Virus record (IMG/VR): IMGVR_UViG_3300003690_000059
Coordinates: 1 to 52,664 of that record
Origin: a virus
Taxonomy: Duplodnaviria; Caudoviricetes
Direction: 5' to 3' (one strand)
Length of the DNA stretch: 52,664 nt
Positions 42,770 to 52,664 of this stretch are shown piece by piece; position 1 is the stretch's first letter; each line of letters starts with the position of its first letter. The notes beneath the pieces were generated by a model, which was not told the origin of the DNA, did no database searches, and was given only the letters and a program-made list of their open reading frames with translations. The translations under genes were made by a program, and so were the position numbers.

Positions 42770-45445
42770 CTATAGGCTCGGGGGTTGGTGCTCCACCTGC
42801 GGCACCGGTGCCAGTTGATGGATTACCGCTGTTTCTGGATCAGAGGCACTTGCGATTCTTCTCAATAATTGTTCGACAACATCCCCTTTACCCTTCGTGA
42901 TCAAGTCCACATGTTTTGCAATGTCTTCATCAGTCATACCCAATAGTGCATCTGTAACGTAACTGTTGCTTGCTTCTTGAACCGCTCCTCTTAAAGTAGA
43001 GAGCAGACGCTCTGGCGTTTGGGTCCAAGACTTACCATTCCAACCCAAAGTCTTCAAAGCATTCTCAACATCAGTATCAGTAAGTTTACCTCCTTCTCTT
43101 GCGCTTGCTAACGCAAAAGCCAGGTTTACAAACATCGACTCTACTTGGCCACGTTTAGCATCGGTATCTATCGCAACACCGCCAAATAGCAACCCTTCCC
43201 CATTTCGAAGAACAGCTAGTGCTTTATCCATCCTTTCTATTCCATTGGATGAAAGTTCAGATGTGATTGTCTCCCCACCAACCGTTAAAGTTCCCTTTCG
43301 AATTAAAGTATTGAGATGACCTGTGGGTCTTACACCGCCCTTAAATAGCCCACTTATTAGACGAGCACCCGACTCCAGGAAACTTACAGCTGCTGTTCCT
43401 CCAGAAACAATATACTTTCCATCTGGCGTCCTCACATATCGATCTATTTCATAGGCCAGCCTATTGCGTTGAACTATTCCACTACTTCGCTTCTTCCATA
43501 GAGCAGCGTCCTGATCAGAAGACAGACCTCTGACCAAACCCACAGCATCTGGACCCGTTGCCGATACCATAGAACCATCTGCGCTAATAGTCCATACCGT
43601 TTCATCTTTTTTAATACTCATGGGGGATCCAATATAATTCCCCAACCCAGCTTCTATAATCTTTTGAATATAATTGTCTTTGCTTGGATCAATTTTGTTA
43701 GCATTTATGGCTTGGGCCAAACCCCTTTTATCATAATTAAACATTCGTTTCTGATTTGCATCATCACCATAACCTACCGTTATTGTGACCATTTCAGGCT
43801 GCAATTTAGAGTAGTCTGTTATTGTCCCGCCAAGAATTTTACTGTATTTACTGGGGTTTTTTAGAACAGTACTGAGCGTAAGCTTAGGATTAGTTCTTCT
43901 AGCAGCATCAAAAGCGGCTTCATTTATATAATATTTTGTGACTTTACCATCTGCAGCAGTAAATGTCCGCTCTACAAAATTAGGCGCACTCGTCACATTT
44001 GTTCGAACAACTGTCCGCCATGTATCTTGCGCAGCTCTTATTTCAGCAGGAGTGGGATCTCTTTGATTGGTTGCTCTAAACTCTGTTTGCCAATTAGCAA
44101 GTGCTGCTTTATCCACTAAAATATGATCAGTTACTGATGTACCATCAGCGTTCACGCGAGGTTCTGTCCTAAATTCACTATTAGGCGCACGTGCGCCAAT
44201 CACAAGAGCTTGATAATTTGCGACAGAAGGATCCTTAGCAATTATCATACTAAGAAGTTCCGAAGAATGGGCTAGTTGTGCGTTAGGGTTAGCTTTGTTA
44301 TAGGCGTTCCATGCAGACACCAATGCTTTAGGATCATAAGAATAGTCTACTCCACCTACTGCGGTGGATTCCATTTTCATTTTAGGATCAGAAACTCCTA
44401 TTTGACTAGCTGCATACGCTCTAACAAATTGTCCTACTTCAGGGCGCATCAGTCCCTGATCAGTCACTCCGGCTGCTCTTAAATCTCTAATAGCACTATA
44501 TACCGCATTCATACCACGGAGTCTTCGTACATCATGTTCTGGGCCTTGCGCAGTACCTGCTAGAGTAGAAACGGAAGTTGCAATTTTTTCCCAGTGGTTG
44601 CCTAGATCAACACTTAATTTCAATGCAGAGGCCTGTCTTCCTTTCCAAGCGTCTAATATGATCTTCTTCCTTGAAGCATCAGCCCCTTCTAATTGCATAG
44701 TTACAGTAGCGATAGCCGCTCTTTGTTTTCTCTTCCTTGCCCTTTCAACAGCTATTAACGGGAATGCCTCCTCCCCCGCCACACCCACATCACTTAAAAA
44801 TCCTCCTAGTAAAGAGCGGCCTTCGATTTTTCCTGTAACTGGGCCTTTCATAAGTTTTAGTCCAAACATGAACATAGGCGCGGCCCACTCAGGTACGTCT
44901 GCTTCCTCTTCGTCTATACCAAGCAACTCTTTAGCTTGCGATTTCCATCTAGTGTAGTCAATTTCTGAAGGTCCAATAGCTGCAAGCAATTTTTCAAAGT
45001 CGTCTTCACTCTCCACTTCTGTTGTCAAAACTGCGGCAAGGCCTTCTGCTTCACTTTTTTTCTCCACTGCGTCGTCAAGGGTAACCTCTCCCCCCTCTAC
45101 TGCAATGAGAGCTGCTTTATCAGCAGCAGCTTTAATCGTCGCTAGATCGTCAGGTATTATATCTGTTCGAGCTCCATAATTCACATCGGTGCTATAATCG
45201 TCTGGTGAAGACCTAGCGGTGGGTTGATAACCGACCTGTATCGGTTGCCCAGCTACTTGCTCAGTAACTGCCTCTTCATCCGATAACAAAGCATCTTCTG
45301 GACTCCACCCCAAGGGTCGCGAAGGGTCAGTAGCTACATTATGCATTATCCCCAGAGGATTTGTGGATTGATAACCGACCCGTATCGGTTGCCCAGCTAC
45401 TCGCTCATTTGAAAACAGTGGCCTTCGAAGAACTGGAGTTACCAT
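42770..45445 (-). CDS. Internal virion / DNA ejection protein
   Basis: 891 aa; starts 'VLRRPLF'; 'GGKLTDTDVENAL' motif; position in the ejection module. Confidence 0.6.
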   Translation of the reverse strand: MVTPVLRRPLFSNERVAGQPIRVGYQSTNPLGIMHNVATDPSRPLGWSPEDALLSDEEAVTEQVAGQPIQVGYQPTARSSPDDYSTDVNYGARTDIIPDDLATIKAAADKAALIAVEGGEVTLDDAVEKKSEAEGLAAVLTTEVESEDDFEKLLAAIGPSEIDYTRWKSQAKELLGIDEEEADVPEWAAPMFMFGLKLMKGPVTGKIEGRSLLGGFLSDVGVAGEEAFPLIAVERARKRKQRAAIATVTMQLEGADASRKKIILDAWKGRQASALKLSVDLGNHWEKIATSVSTLAGTAQGPEHDVRRLRGMNAVYSAIRDLRAAGVTDQGLMRPEVGQFVRAYAASQIGVSDPKMKMESTAVGGVDYSYDPKALVSAWNAYNKANPNAQLAHSSELLSMIIAKDPSVANYQALVIGARAPNSEFRTEPRVNADGTSVTDHILVDKAALANWQTEFRATNQRDPTPAEIRAAQDTWRTVVRTNVTSAPNFVERTFTAADGKVTKYYINEAAFDAARRTNPKLTLSTVLKNPSKYSKILGGTITDYSKLQPEMVTITVGYGDDANQKRMFNYDKRGLAQAINANKIDPSKDNYIQKIIEAGLGNYIGSPMSIKKDETVWTISADGSMVSATGPDAVGLVRGLSSDQDAALWKKRSSGIVQRNRLAYEIDRYVRTPDGKYIVSGGTAAVSFLESGARLISGLFKGGVRPTGHLNTLIRKGTLTVGGETITSELSSNGIERMDKALAVLRNGEGLLFGGVAIDTDAKRGQVESMFVNLAFALASAREGGKLTDTDVENALKTLGWNGKSWTQTPERLLSTLRGAVQEASNSYVTDALLGMTDEDIAKHVDLITKGKGDVVEQLLRRIASASDPETAVIHQLAPVPQVEHQPPSL

Positions 45446-45451
45446 TTAATT

Positions 45452-46531
45452 TCACCTTGCTCCTTGCGCCGCACCCATGAGATTCTGCCCACCTTGGCCA
45501 AACAGATACCCAGTACCAAAGCCCCCTGATCCAAATATACCCGCCAAACTTATTCCGGCTCCTAAAATCTGAGATAATGGATTAACGCGCGGATCGGTAC
45601 TTTGGGTCAATGTTGAGGCTGTGCTAGGCTGCCCTTTTAGAATATCACTCATAAATCCAATTCTTTGGTAAGGCTCATAAGTCTGTTTCAAAATATTACC
45701 TTGTTCAACATCCAACGCCCTTTGTGCTTGTTGCTGTTGTTGGCTGCCAATCTGGCTGAGTAACGCTAAATCTGCGGCGGGGAGTTGCTGAGCCGATGTT
45801 GCAAGGCCACCGTACTCTCTCCCGAGTTGCTGTTGACTTGCTGCGAATGCTTGTTGTTGGTTCGCAACTCCTCCTGGGAGTGAGTACTGAAGTTGCTCAA
45901 TCCCAGTTAACTGTCCTGGAAGAGCGGCAAATCTACCCGCTTCTCTTTCAGCCGCACCAAGCGCAGTTTGATACCCTTGCTGACGTATGGCTGCTTGTTG
46001 CTGCTGAAGAATTTGCTGTAATCGACCTTCAGCTTCAGCTTCTCCTATAAACCTACCCGATCCACCGAAAGCTCCTTGCTGCTGAGCGGTATCCCTTAAC
46101 CTTTGTTTTGCCAGTTCATTTTGACGAGTAGCCTCAGTTGAAAAAGCGTCTATTACCTGTTGTTGATAAGGACTTTGAAAAGCCTCAATACGACCTGTTA
46201 TATCTCCTGTTGCGCCGAGGGCTGCTAACCGAGCTTCTTCTAACCGCTGGGGAGTTCTTTCCGCCAATCCCCCTAATATACCCCCCGCTGAAGTAAGGGG
46301 AGCTGCCGAAGCAGCAACTTGCTGTTGCGCTGAAGCAAGAAATGGCTGGTAAGCACCTAATCCCTGTTGCCCAAGACCAAAGGCTTGCTGTGTAGCTGAT
46401 GAAAATGGTGCTAATTGTTGTTGAGGTAAAGTAATAGGTACTTCAGCGAGACCTGTTGCACTCGCCAATAACTTTTGTCTTGCTTCTTCAAGAAACGGAG
46501 CTTCACGAACAATTGATGTTTCAGTAGCCAT
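45452..46531 (-). CDS. DNA transfer / pilot-like internal protein
   Basis: Gln/Ala-rich, 'QSPYQQQVID', 'GAFGGSG', Gly-rich hydrophobic C-terminus. Confidence 0.65.
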   Translation of the reverse strand: MATETSIVREAPFLEEARQKLLASATGLAEVPITLPQQQLAPFSSATQQAFGLGQQGLGAYQPFLASAQQQVAASAAPLTSAGGILGGLAERTPQRLEEARLAALGATGDITGRIEAFQSPYQQQVIDAFSTEATRQNELAKQRLRDTAQQQGAFGGSGRFIGEAEAEGRLQQILQQQQAAIRQQGYQTALGAAEREAGRFAALPGQLTGIEQLQYSLPGGVANQQQAFAASQQQLGREYGGLATSAQQLPAADLALLSQIGSQQQQQAQRALDVEQGNILKQTYEPYQRIGFMSDILKGQPSTASTLTQSTDPRVNPLSQILGAGISLAGIFGSGGFGTGYLFGQGGQNLMGAAQGAR

Positions 46532-49500
46532 TACGCAGCCCTCGCTTCTAATTCTTTCATAGAATCATACATTCTTTGTGCTCCGCGCATACGATTATCC
46601 AACCCTAACGGATCGGCTCCGCGAGTAGCAGCTTCAGTCATTACAAATTCGCCATTAGAAACAAGAGCTAAGTTTGAATCACTTTTAGGAGTACCCATAC
46701 CGTTTATATAACCGCCTCCGGCTGCTTGAACAATTGGATTTATCCCAAGTTGTGTCAGTTGTGGCATTATGGGCTGCTGGGGTGGCTGCTGGGGTGGCTG
46801 TATGAACTCATACCCAGGAGTACCCCCAATAGTTTGCGCGACATTAATTTGTTGATTGGGAAGATATACATCCGTATAGAAGGCATATAGATCCCCAGGC
46901 GAAGGAGTATAATTATACCGTTCGTTCCAAGCGGCCATCACATCAGCTTCTTGATCTCCAGGAACGGTCATCATATTTTGAATCATGGGTTCGGCATAAC
47001 TTTGTGCTGCCCCTGCGGCGGCCCCTCCCAATGCTGAACTTACAGACGTACCTAAAAGTTGTTCAATAGGAGTACCAACAGCATAGGAAGGAGCAGTTCC
47101 AAGGACACTACCTATACCAGGTCCAGGAAGCATAAATTGAGATGCTGTACCTATTGCTTGCCTAAAAACACCTCCTGTTGTTTGTTTTATAGCCTCTGTC
47201 GCAAGATTTGAAGCCATTTGTTTAGCAACATCCCCCCCAAGTTGTGTTGCTAATGCAGGACCGGTAACGAAGCCCAAACCTGAAGCAGCTGCTGTTGTCA
47301 TTGGAGCCGACATACTCTGGAGAGCTGCTTCAGCTCCTGCCTGTTGCAGTGCAGCACCAGTCAGTCCAGCACTCGTGCCCTCTATTACAGCGTTTGTTGC
47401 AGCTTTACCCGCTTCTGTCAGTACTTGCTTCCCTGCCATACCGGATATCCCTGCTTTTGTAATCGCCTGACCACCCCACATTGTCGGCGTAGCGGCTCCA
47501 AGAGCCTCACCTACTGAAGATGTTCCGAAACTAGGTATAACACCTGCTATTTGTTCACCAAGCCAAGGCCCAACCCATTTAGTTGCTACAAAACTCATCC
47601 CTGCACTAATTAGCGCACCTTTAATACCCTTGCCTTCAATAAGCGAACCAATTCCTGACCCCAGAGCCGCCAACCAAGGATTACCCGTCATGGCTCCTGC
47701 GATACCGAGGATAGTTCCTGCATTATTTTTAAGAAATTTTCCTACTTTTTTAAATGCTCTTCCAACTTTTTTCCGAACTTTACTAAAGAAACCAAAAGCA
47801 GGAAGACCAGTCATTTCATTAAGAATATTGGCTGCATTTCCTACTGTGGCTGAATCAGGATCTATACCCGCAGTTTCTAATGCTGCTAGTAACATTCGTT
47901 GGTCAGGTTCATTTAAACGACTTGGGTCGAAAATCAATTCTCCTGGAGCGGCATGAACTAACCCTTCTTTACCAGCATCCACTAGTTGTCTATTTATTCC
48001 TTCTAAAGAACCAATGCCCGATAGATCTTCCTCAGTAGCCGGAACCGCCTCAACAGTTTGCATAATGCCACTGTCCATGACATTGTCATTCGCGGGAACT
48101 TCAATATTTTGGGCTACTGTTTCCATAGCTCCAGGATCTATACCTGCTTCCTGTGCCATGTTTTGAAGAGTTTGCATGAACTCTCCTTCACCAATAGGAG
48201 CCGTAGGGGGTACTAACCCCCCTTCAGCCGCCGCCATTATTCCTTGCGGAGGAGCTACGGGCCTTCCAGCGGCAACCTGCGGGGCTTGGGGAGCCGGGAT
48301 AGTAGGTAAATTACGAACTTCAATATCCCCTTTTGGTGGGGAATTTCTTCCTTCTTCTTGTTTAATTTGGTCTTTTATGATTTGATCAACTGCATCCGGC
48401 CCCTTTGCAGTTCTAATACTATCTAAATATTCTCCCCAAGTTAGATTAGGCGCCCACGGAACTGCCTCCCTCTCATTTATAAGAAGCCAATTACCTATCT
48501 GTAGGTTTTCCTCAAACTCCTTCTGCCGTTTATATTCTTCTGGTCCAAGCCCTTCACGCAGCAACTGTTCAATAGGAATATCAGTCCCCCCACCTTCAGC
48601 GGAAGGAGGCATTGCCTGTGCAGTTTGAACACCAGGAGGTTGGTTCAAACTTTCCATTGCTTGAGGAAGACCCTGACCCCGTGATAAAGTTTCCATAAGC
48701 TTACTGGCAATTTGCGTTTTTTCTGGGGTTTGTTCTCCCATTAAAATCGCAGCTTGTGCCTGTGGGTCTGTATATACTGTATTTGGATCTATCATCTGAG
48801 TTGACTTCCTATAATTCCAATAATTAGTCATATACTTATCTATAGCAGACAAAGAATTACTGGAAAGAGATGTGGGAAACTCTGTCCGAATCCCTTTTTC
48901 TGTTAACTTACGAGCCGCTGCCTTGTTTACTTTTACCACCAAGTCCGCTAATTGTTGTTCATAAGGGGAGAGGCTTATAATTCCATCAAATTGGTCGTGT
49001 CCTTGTGTTAAAATAGCCATCGCCACTGCTGGATAATTCGCTCTTCCTTTACCCCACATTTCAGATTGAGTCTTATCCCCCTGACCCGACCACTTTGCCC
49101 AAGCTGAAAGAGGATCCACGTTGCCTTCCATATCTGCGTAACGTAGAAAATCCATTACCTCTATTACATCTTCTCCAAAAATAACTTTTAATTCATCCGC
49201 CTCGCCTTGATCCCAAAGTTCTTTTAAAGTCATATGCGCAAGTTCATGCGCTAAAACTTGGTCGCCTCCCCCCTGGTCCTGAGCTTTACGGAGGAGGGGA
49301 AAATTACCTCTTTTAAATGCTTCTTCGCCAAACTTCTCCATCCGGTCTGTAGCTTGTACTCTTATGTTGCCGCCTTCACGTCCCTGAGGTCCAAGCTGTC
49401 CATAACGAATAGTCCCCCTTCTAGTAGTTCCATATATAGGGTCTTCTGGATCGTCTCCACGAACCTCTCCAGTTTCCACGTTACTCATAAGATATTTTAT

Positions 49501-49713
49501 TATCTGAGAAACATCTCCTCCGGTTCTTTTTCTAACCGTCTCATATCCCCATTCGGCTAATGGACTAGTTTGCAGTTCCTTCTCCAACCCTATTCTAAAT
49601 TCAATGTCCGCCATTCTTTGATTCATAGCTTCATTGGATAGAGGGGGCGCTGCACTGACGGCAGGATCCATAACTGTATTTGGCTCTAGGAGAGAAGACT
49701 CAAGTTCGGCCAT
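46531..49713 (-). CDS. Internal virion protein with N-terminal HExxH motif
   Basis: 1060 aa; 'VLAHELAH'; 'NEMTGLPAFGFFSKV' amphipathic segment; C-terminal 'GTPKSDSNLALVSNGEFVMT'. Confidence 0.6.
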   Translation of the reverse strand: MAELESSLLEPNTVMDPAVSAAPPLSNEAMNQRMADIEFRIGLEKELQTSPLAEWGYETVRKRTGGDVSQIIKYLMSNVETGEVRGDDPEDPIYGTTRRGTIRYGQLGPQGREGGNIRVQATDRMEKFGEEAFKRGNFPLLRKAQDQGGGDQVLAHELAHMTLKELWDQGEADELKVIFGEDVIEVMDFLRYADMEGNVDPLSAWAKWSGQGDKTQSEMWGKGRANYPAVAMAILTQGHDQFDGIISLSPYEQQLADLVVKVNKAAARKLTEKGIRTEFPTSLSSNSLSAIDKYMTNYWNYRKSTQMIDPNTVYTDPQAQAAILMGEQTPEKTQIASKLMETLSRGQGLPQAMESLNQPPGVQTAQAMPPSAEGGGTDIPIEQLLREGLGPEEYKRQKEFEENLQIGNWLLINEREAVPWAPNLTWGEYLDSIRTAKGPDAVDQIIKDQIKQEEGRNSPPKGDIEVRNLPTIPAPQAPQVAAGRPVAPPQGIMAAAEGGLVPPTAPIGEGEFMQTLQNMAQEAGIDPGAMETVAQNIEVPANDNVMDSGIMQTVEAVPATEEDLSGIGSLEGINRQLVDAGKEGLVHAAPGELIFDPSRLNEPDQRMLLAALETAGIDPDSATVGNAANILNEMTGLPAFGFFSKVRKKVGRAFKKVGKFLKNNAGTILGIAGAMTGNPWLAALGSGIGSLIEGKGIKGALISAGMSFVATKWVGPWLGEQIAGVIPSFGTSSVGEALGAATPTMWGGQAITKAGISGMAGKQVLTEAGKAATNAVIEGTSAGLTGAALQQAGAEAALQSMSAPMTTAAASGLGFVTGPALATQLGGDVAKQMASNLATEAIKQTTGGVFRQAIGTASQFMLPGPGIGSVLGTAPSYAVGTPIEQLLGTSVSSALGGAAAGAAQSYAEPMIQNMMTVPGDQEADVMAAWNERYNYTPSPGDLYAFYTDVYLPNQQINVAQTIGGTPGYEFIQPPQQPPQQPIMPQLTQLGINPIVQAAGGGYINGMGTPKSDSNLALVSNGEFVMTEAATRGADPLGLDNRMRGAQRMYDSMKELEARAA

Positions 49714-49809
49714 TAGTCTATTTCATTTGTTTCCATAATTGTTAAAACATCTTGTTCAACAATCAAAACCGTTTATACTCCGTTTTACACCATAAAGGTA
49801 GTCTATACA

Positions 49810-50133
49810 TCAAGTTGTTTCCAGATAGCTGCCAATTACATGCAACCGGTTTGCATTCGCAGCTGTTACCTTCAGTACCTCGGATTCTTGAATAACCAAA
49901 GGCTGCGTCAAAAGCTCCGCCGTTCCATTCGCCGTCGTCGCTTTTACATTATAAAGCACAAACACTGCCGAAGCAGAATCAGTGATAGTCACCGTTATAG
50001 TGGACGTTGAACCACTATCATCAGCCACGACCAAAGACCTAAAAACAGCGGTTGTTGCTGCGGGAGCCGTATAGAGTGTTGTCACATCGGTAGAGGTTAG
50101 GTCTACTTTAGCGTTTTTATAGAAACTAGCCAT
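49810..50133 (-). CDS. Small tail structural protein
   Basis: 107 aa beta-rich 'TTLYTAPAATTA...LHVIGSYLE'. Confidence 0.6.
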   Translation of the reverse strand: MASFYKNAKVDLTSTDVTTLYTAPAATTAVFRSLVVADDSGSTSTITVTITDSASAVFVLYNVKATTANGTAELLTQPLVIQESEVLKVTAANANRLHVIGSYLETT

Positions 50134-50134
50134 C

Positions 50135-50302
50135 TTAGGTCAAAAACCATGTTAAAGCGTTATTTTCATCCTTACCCTCTATTTCAGAAGGAATTTCCTT
50201 TTTAGTTAGAGATATTTCCATATCTCTCAAAATTCTTTGAAATATAGAATATTCATAATCTACTGGAGCATCTGGAAAACTGTGATCTAATAATCTTCCC
50301 AT
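50135..50302 (-). CDS. 55-aa tail-module protein
   Basis: Manual translation MGRLLDHSFPDAPVDY...NALTWFLT; TAATG overlap with the upstream gene. Confidence 0.6.
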   Translation of the reverse strand: MGRLLDHSFPDAPVDYEYSIFQRILRDMEISLTKKEIPSEIEGKDENNALTWFLT

Positions 50303-52584
50303 TATCTTCTACCATCCGGTCTTGCATCTAATCTTAAATCCCCTAGAGTCCACGATATATCAGTAGATGAACTTTCTACTCTTATTACAGCTTGTCTAGT
50401 TCTTGCTCTAATAAACGCTTGTTGTGTTGTGCTGCTTACTGAATTAGTGGAATTAGTTATTAAAGAATCTCCTGGGAAATTTCGAGTTTTTAGAATATAA
50501 TCAACACTATTTCCCGTTGAACTTGTTATATCTATATCCGGAACTAAGCGTTTAATAAACATGAATTGATCACCATCGCCAACATCAAAATCTGCTGACT
50601 CTACAAAAGAAGTCATAGCACTCCCGTTATCATCATCCCCAAGTTCTTGTTGGTAAATAACAGAATTTCCGCTTGATGCTTCTGTTGCACGTGGGTATTG
50701 ATGGATACCAAAATCTACCCAAGCTGTACGACTTAAAGTTCCTATATCCCAAGTATTTTCGGTATAGTTATATTTAACATATCTATCTATTTCAGCGGGA
50801 TCAGCGTCACTTGAAACATAAAACCAAAATATTTCATCAAACATTTTATTGGAAGCAGCAAAAATTTTATTTGATTGATCCAAATTAATATCATCAAATA
50901 TATATCTCAAAACAGTACAAGGCACTAATTCAACTCGGCCTACATATGCATAAAAGTTTTCTTGATCCATCCAAAATGTTCTGTCTCCTACTGAGACAAG
51001 CGCATTAGGGGCAATTAGAGAAGTATTACTCGCCAATAAAGAAAACCCAAATGTAAAAGGTGCTCCAACAAATCGCATTGCATGTAAATTAACGTCCGTC
51101 CAGATTAAAATTTCTTGCCTTGTTCTCTGGGCAGCTATAATTTCTGAGCCAGAAGATATTCGTTGTCCTCCAGCAGTATTAATAGCCGAAGGCGTCCAGT
51201 CAAAAGGACTTTCTTGATCGGACCATCTGACTTGAAGCAAATCTTGAGCTGTTTCATTTAAAGGATTACATCCAAGACAAATTATATGCCTATCAGTGCC
51301 AGAAATCATGATTTTACGAGTTATCGTCGGAGTATCAGAAGCCCCTGTTTGAGAAGCAAAAGTTGTTGCTCTAGCACCTAGACCCAATGTTTTATCCCAA
51401 TAATACGGAGCAGCATCTATTGCACAAAAGACTAAATCCTCTCCCCAGTTGTCCTGCGACCATAGACGAAGTTTCGTTGTAGTAGATATAGAATGAGCTC
51501 CTCCCCATCCGATAAAATCATTAGCTTCTAAAACATTTACTCCGTCGCTGTGAGATGCAGCTGTTGTTCCACGAGCTCCTCTAACAACTCCTGCATCTAT
51601 GGTATCCGAGCTTTTCCCCGTATATTGAATAAGTTCATCATCTATTTGAATTAATCCGACAAATGTAATTGCTGCTCCACTGCTATGCGCCGTTGTGGTA
51701 GTTCCATCAGTACCTCGTATTAAAGTACCAAGAATATTACTCTCGTTAGTTTCGTAACGGATTTTCTCGCTTCCTATAAGAATGGTTCCCTTGCTGGGAA
51801 AAGCAGTTGAACTTGCTAGAGGGAGCGATGCCGCATTCAAAGCAACATTTGCAGAAATGGTGCTGGCCGCCGTCTCAAAATCAGAAGCACTAGTTAGTGT
51901 AAAAGATGTGACAGAGTCGTTAATACCCCCGCTATCATTAAGCGTGGTTTGGGTATACCCAGACGAAATGCCACCCCATAATCCAGCACCCCACCCAACT
52001 CCAGATACTTCAACATTGAGTCCTATACTAAGCTGATAAGTCGCAATAACAGCACTCCCGCCACCAGCAGTAGACCCGGAAGAAGCACTTCCCCCGGTAT
52101 CAATAGTATAAGAGTTAGAATCTATAAGAGTTATTTGATGCTCTATATTTAATTGGGCCGCTGTAATACCGTCAGTAGTTGTAGCACCACTAAATGTAAC
52201 AAAATCATTATCAACAGCTCCATGAGCTGGTGCAGTTACAGTTACTATACTACTTGCTGCACTTCCCGTTTTAAGGGGATTTGAACCAAGAGTTGTAGTG
52301 ACTCGTATGGGTGTTATATCGTAATAGCTGCCACCTTCTTCAATATAAAATTTTGATTCTGTTGCAGTTCCCATATATTTTGAACCATCTAAAGCGGCCC
52401 ATATATGTAACGAACGGGTGATACCTGTTGGAGTATTGCCACTTAATTGTGTCCAACCTCCCATTTTTTCTGGTCGACCTTTACGGAACCGTATTAAATC
52501 AGAATTATACCACCCATTTTCATTTCCATAGGAAGTGGTTTCTCTATTTATTCCTGGTCGAAAAGCTAATTTAGATAAAGGCAT
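50302..52584 (-). CDS. Tail nozzle / tubular protein B-like (P22 gp10-like)
   Basis: 760 aa; 'RFRKGRPEKMGGW', 'VRWSDQE', beta-propeller-like repeats, ends 'RPDGRR'. Confidence 0.75.
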   Translation of the reverse strand: MPLSKLAFRPGINRETTSYGNENGWYNSDLIRFRKGRPEKMGGWTQLSGNTPTGITRSLHIWAALDGSKYMGTATESKFYIEEGGSYYDITPIRVTTTLGSNPLKTGSAASSIVTVTAPAHGAVDNDFVTFSGATTTDGITAAQLNIEHQITLIDSNSYTIDTGGSASSGSTAGGGSAVIATYQLSIGLNVEVSGVGWGAGLWGGISSGYTQTTLNDSGGINDSVTSFTLTSASDFETAASTISANVALNAASLPLASSTAFPSKGTILIGSEKIRYETNESNILGTLIRGTDGTTTTAHSSGAAITFVGLIQIDDELIQYTGKSSDTIDAGVVRGARGTTAASHSDGVNVLEANDFIGWGGAHSISTTTKLRLWSQDNWGEDLVFCAIDAAPYYWDKTLGLGARATTFASQTGASDTPTITRKIMISGTDRHIICLGCNPLNETAQDLLQVRWSDQESPFDWTPSAINTAGGQRISSGSEIIAAQRTRQEILIWTDVNLHAMRFVGAPFTFGFSLLASNTSLIAPNALVSVGDRTFWMDQENFYAYVGRVELVPCTVLRYIFDDINLDQSNKIFAASNKMFDEIFWFYVSSDADPAEIDRYVKYNYTENTWDIGTLSRTAWVDFGIHQYPRATEASSGNSVIYQQELGDDDNGSAMTSFVESADFDVGDGDQFMFIKRLVPDIDITSSTGNSVDYILKTRNFPGDSLITNSTNSVSSTTQQAFIRARTRQAVIRVESSSTDISWTLGDLRLDARPDGRR

Positions 52585-52587
52585 TTT

Positions 52588-52664
52588 TATTCAGAAGCCT
52601 CCTCATCGGTGAGCGGCACATGCCACCCATCGCCACTCTGAACGGGCTGCGTACAGCCATTTGG
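52588..52664 (-). CDS. Partial ORF (C-terminus only)
   Basis: ...PNGCTQPVQSGDGWHVPLTDEEASE* ending just before the nozzle gene. Confidence 0.4.

Noticed and set aside
1-52664. tRNA/rRNA genes, integrase or prophage boundaries, alternative genetic code
   Set aside because: No cloverleaf or rRNA signature seen by eye; no host genes or integrase; core genes are intact in the standard code

Overview
Most of a tailed dsDNA phage genome (podovirus-like, about 40% GC), almost all on the minus strand and apparently circularly permuted. Tail genes lie at both window edges and no tail-fibre gene is visible. Modules: (i) head/tail morphogenesis 1-12068 (TerL, portal, holin, GroES, scaffold, major capsid, adaptors); (ii) a GC-rich, repeat- and hairpin-dense segment 12.3-14.6 kb separating TerL from TerS plus a nuclease; (iii) an accessory region 13.6-25 kb in which small ORFs, some paralogous, are separated by a repeated intergenic unit (stop / GGGTNT-N16-17-TATACT promoter / RBS / ATG), resembling a cassette array; (iv) family A DNA polymerase (Leu762 type), a thymidine-hypermodification cluster (dUMP hydroxymethylase-like, 5hmdU-DNA-kinase-like helical protein, GT-B glycosyltransferase, radical SAM/SPASM, MazG-like protein), UvrD helicase, primase, SSB and a divergent SNF2 helicase; (v) an M15 endolysin, large internal/ejection proteins and the tail nozzle. 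No integrase, tRNA, rRNA or CRISPR array was seen. All calls are from motif recognition by eye; no searches were run.
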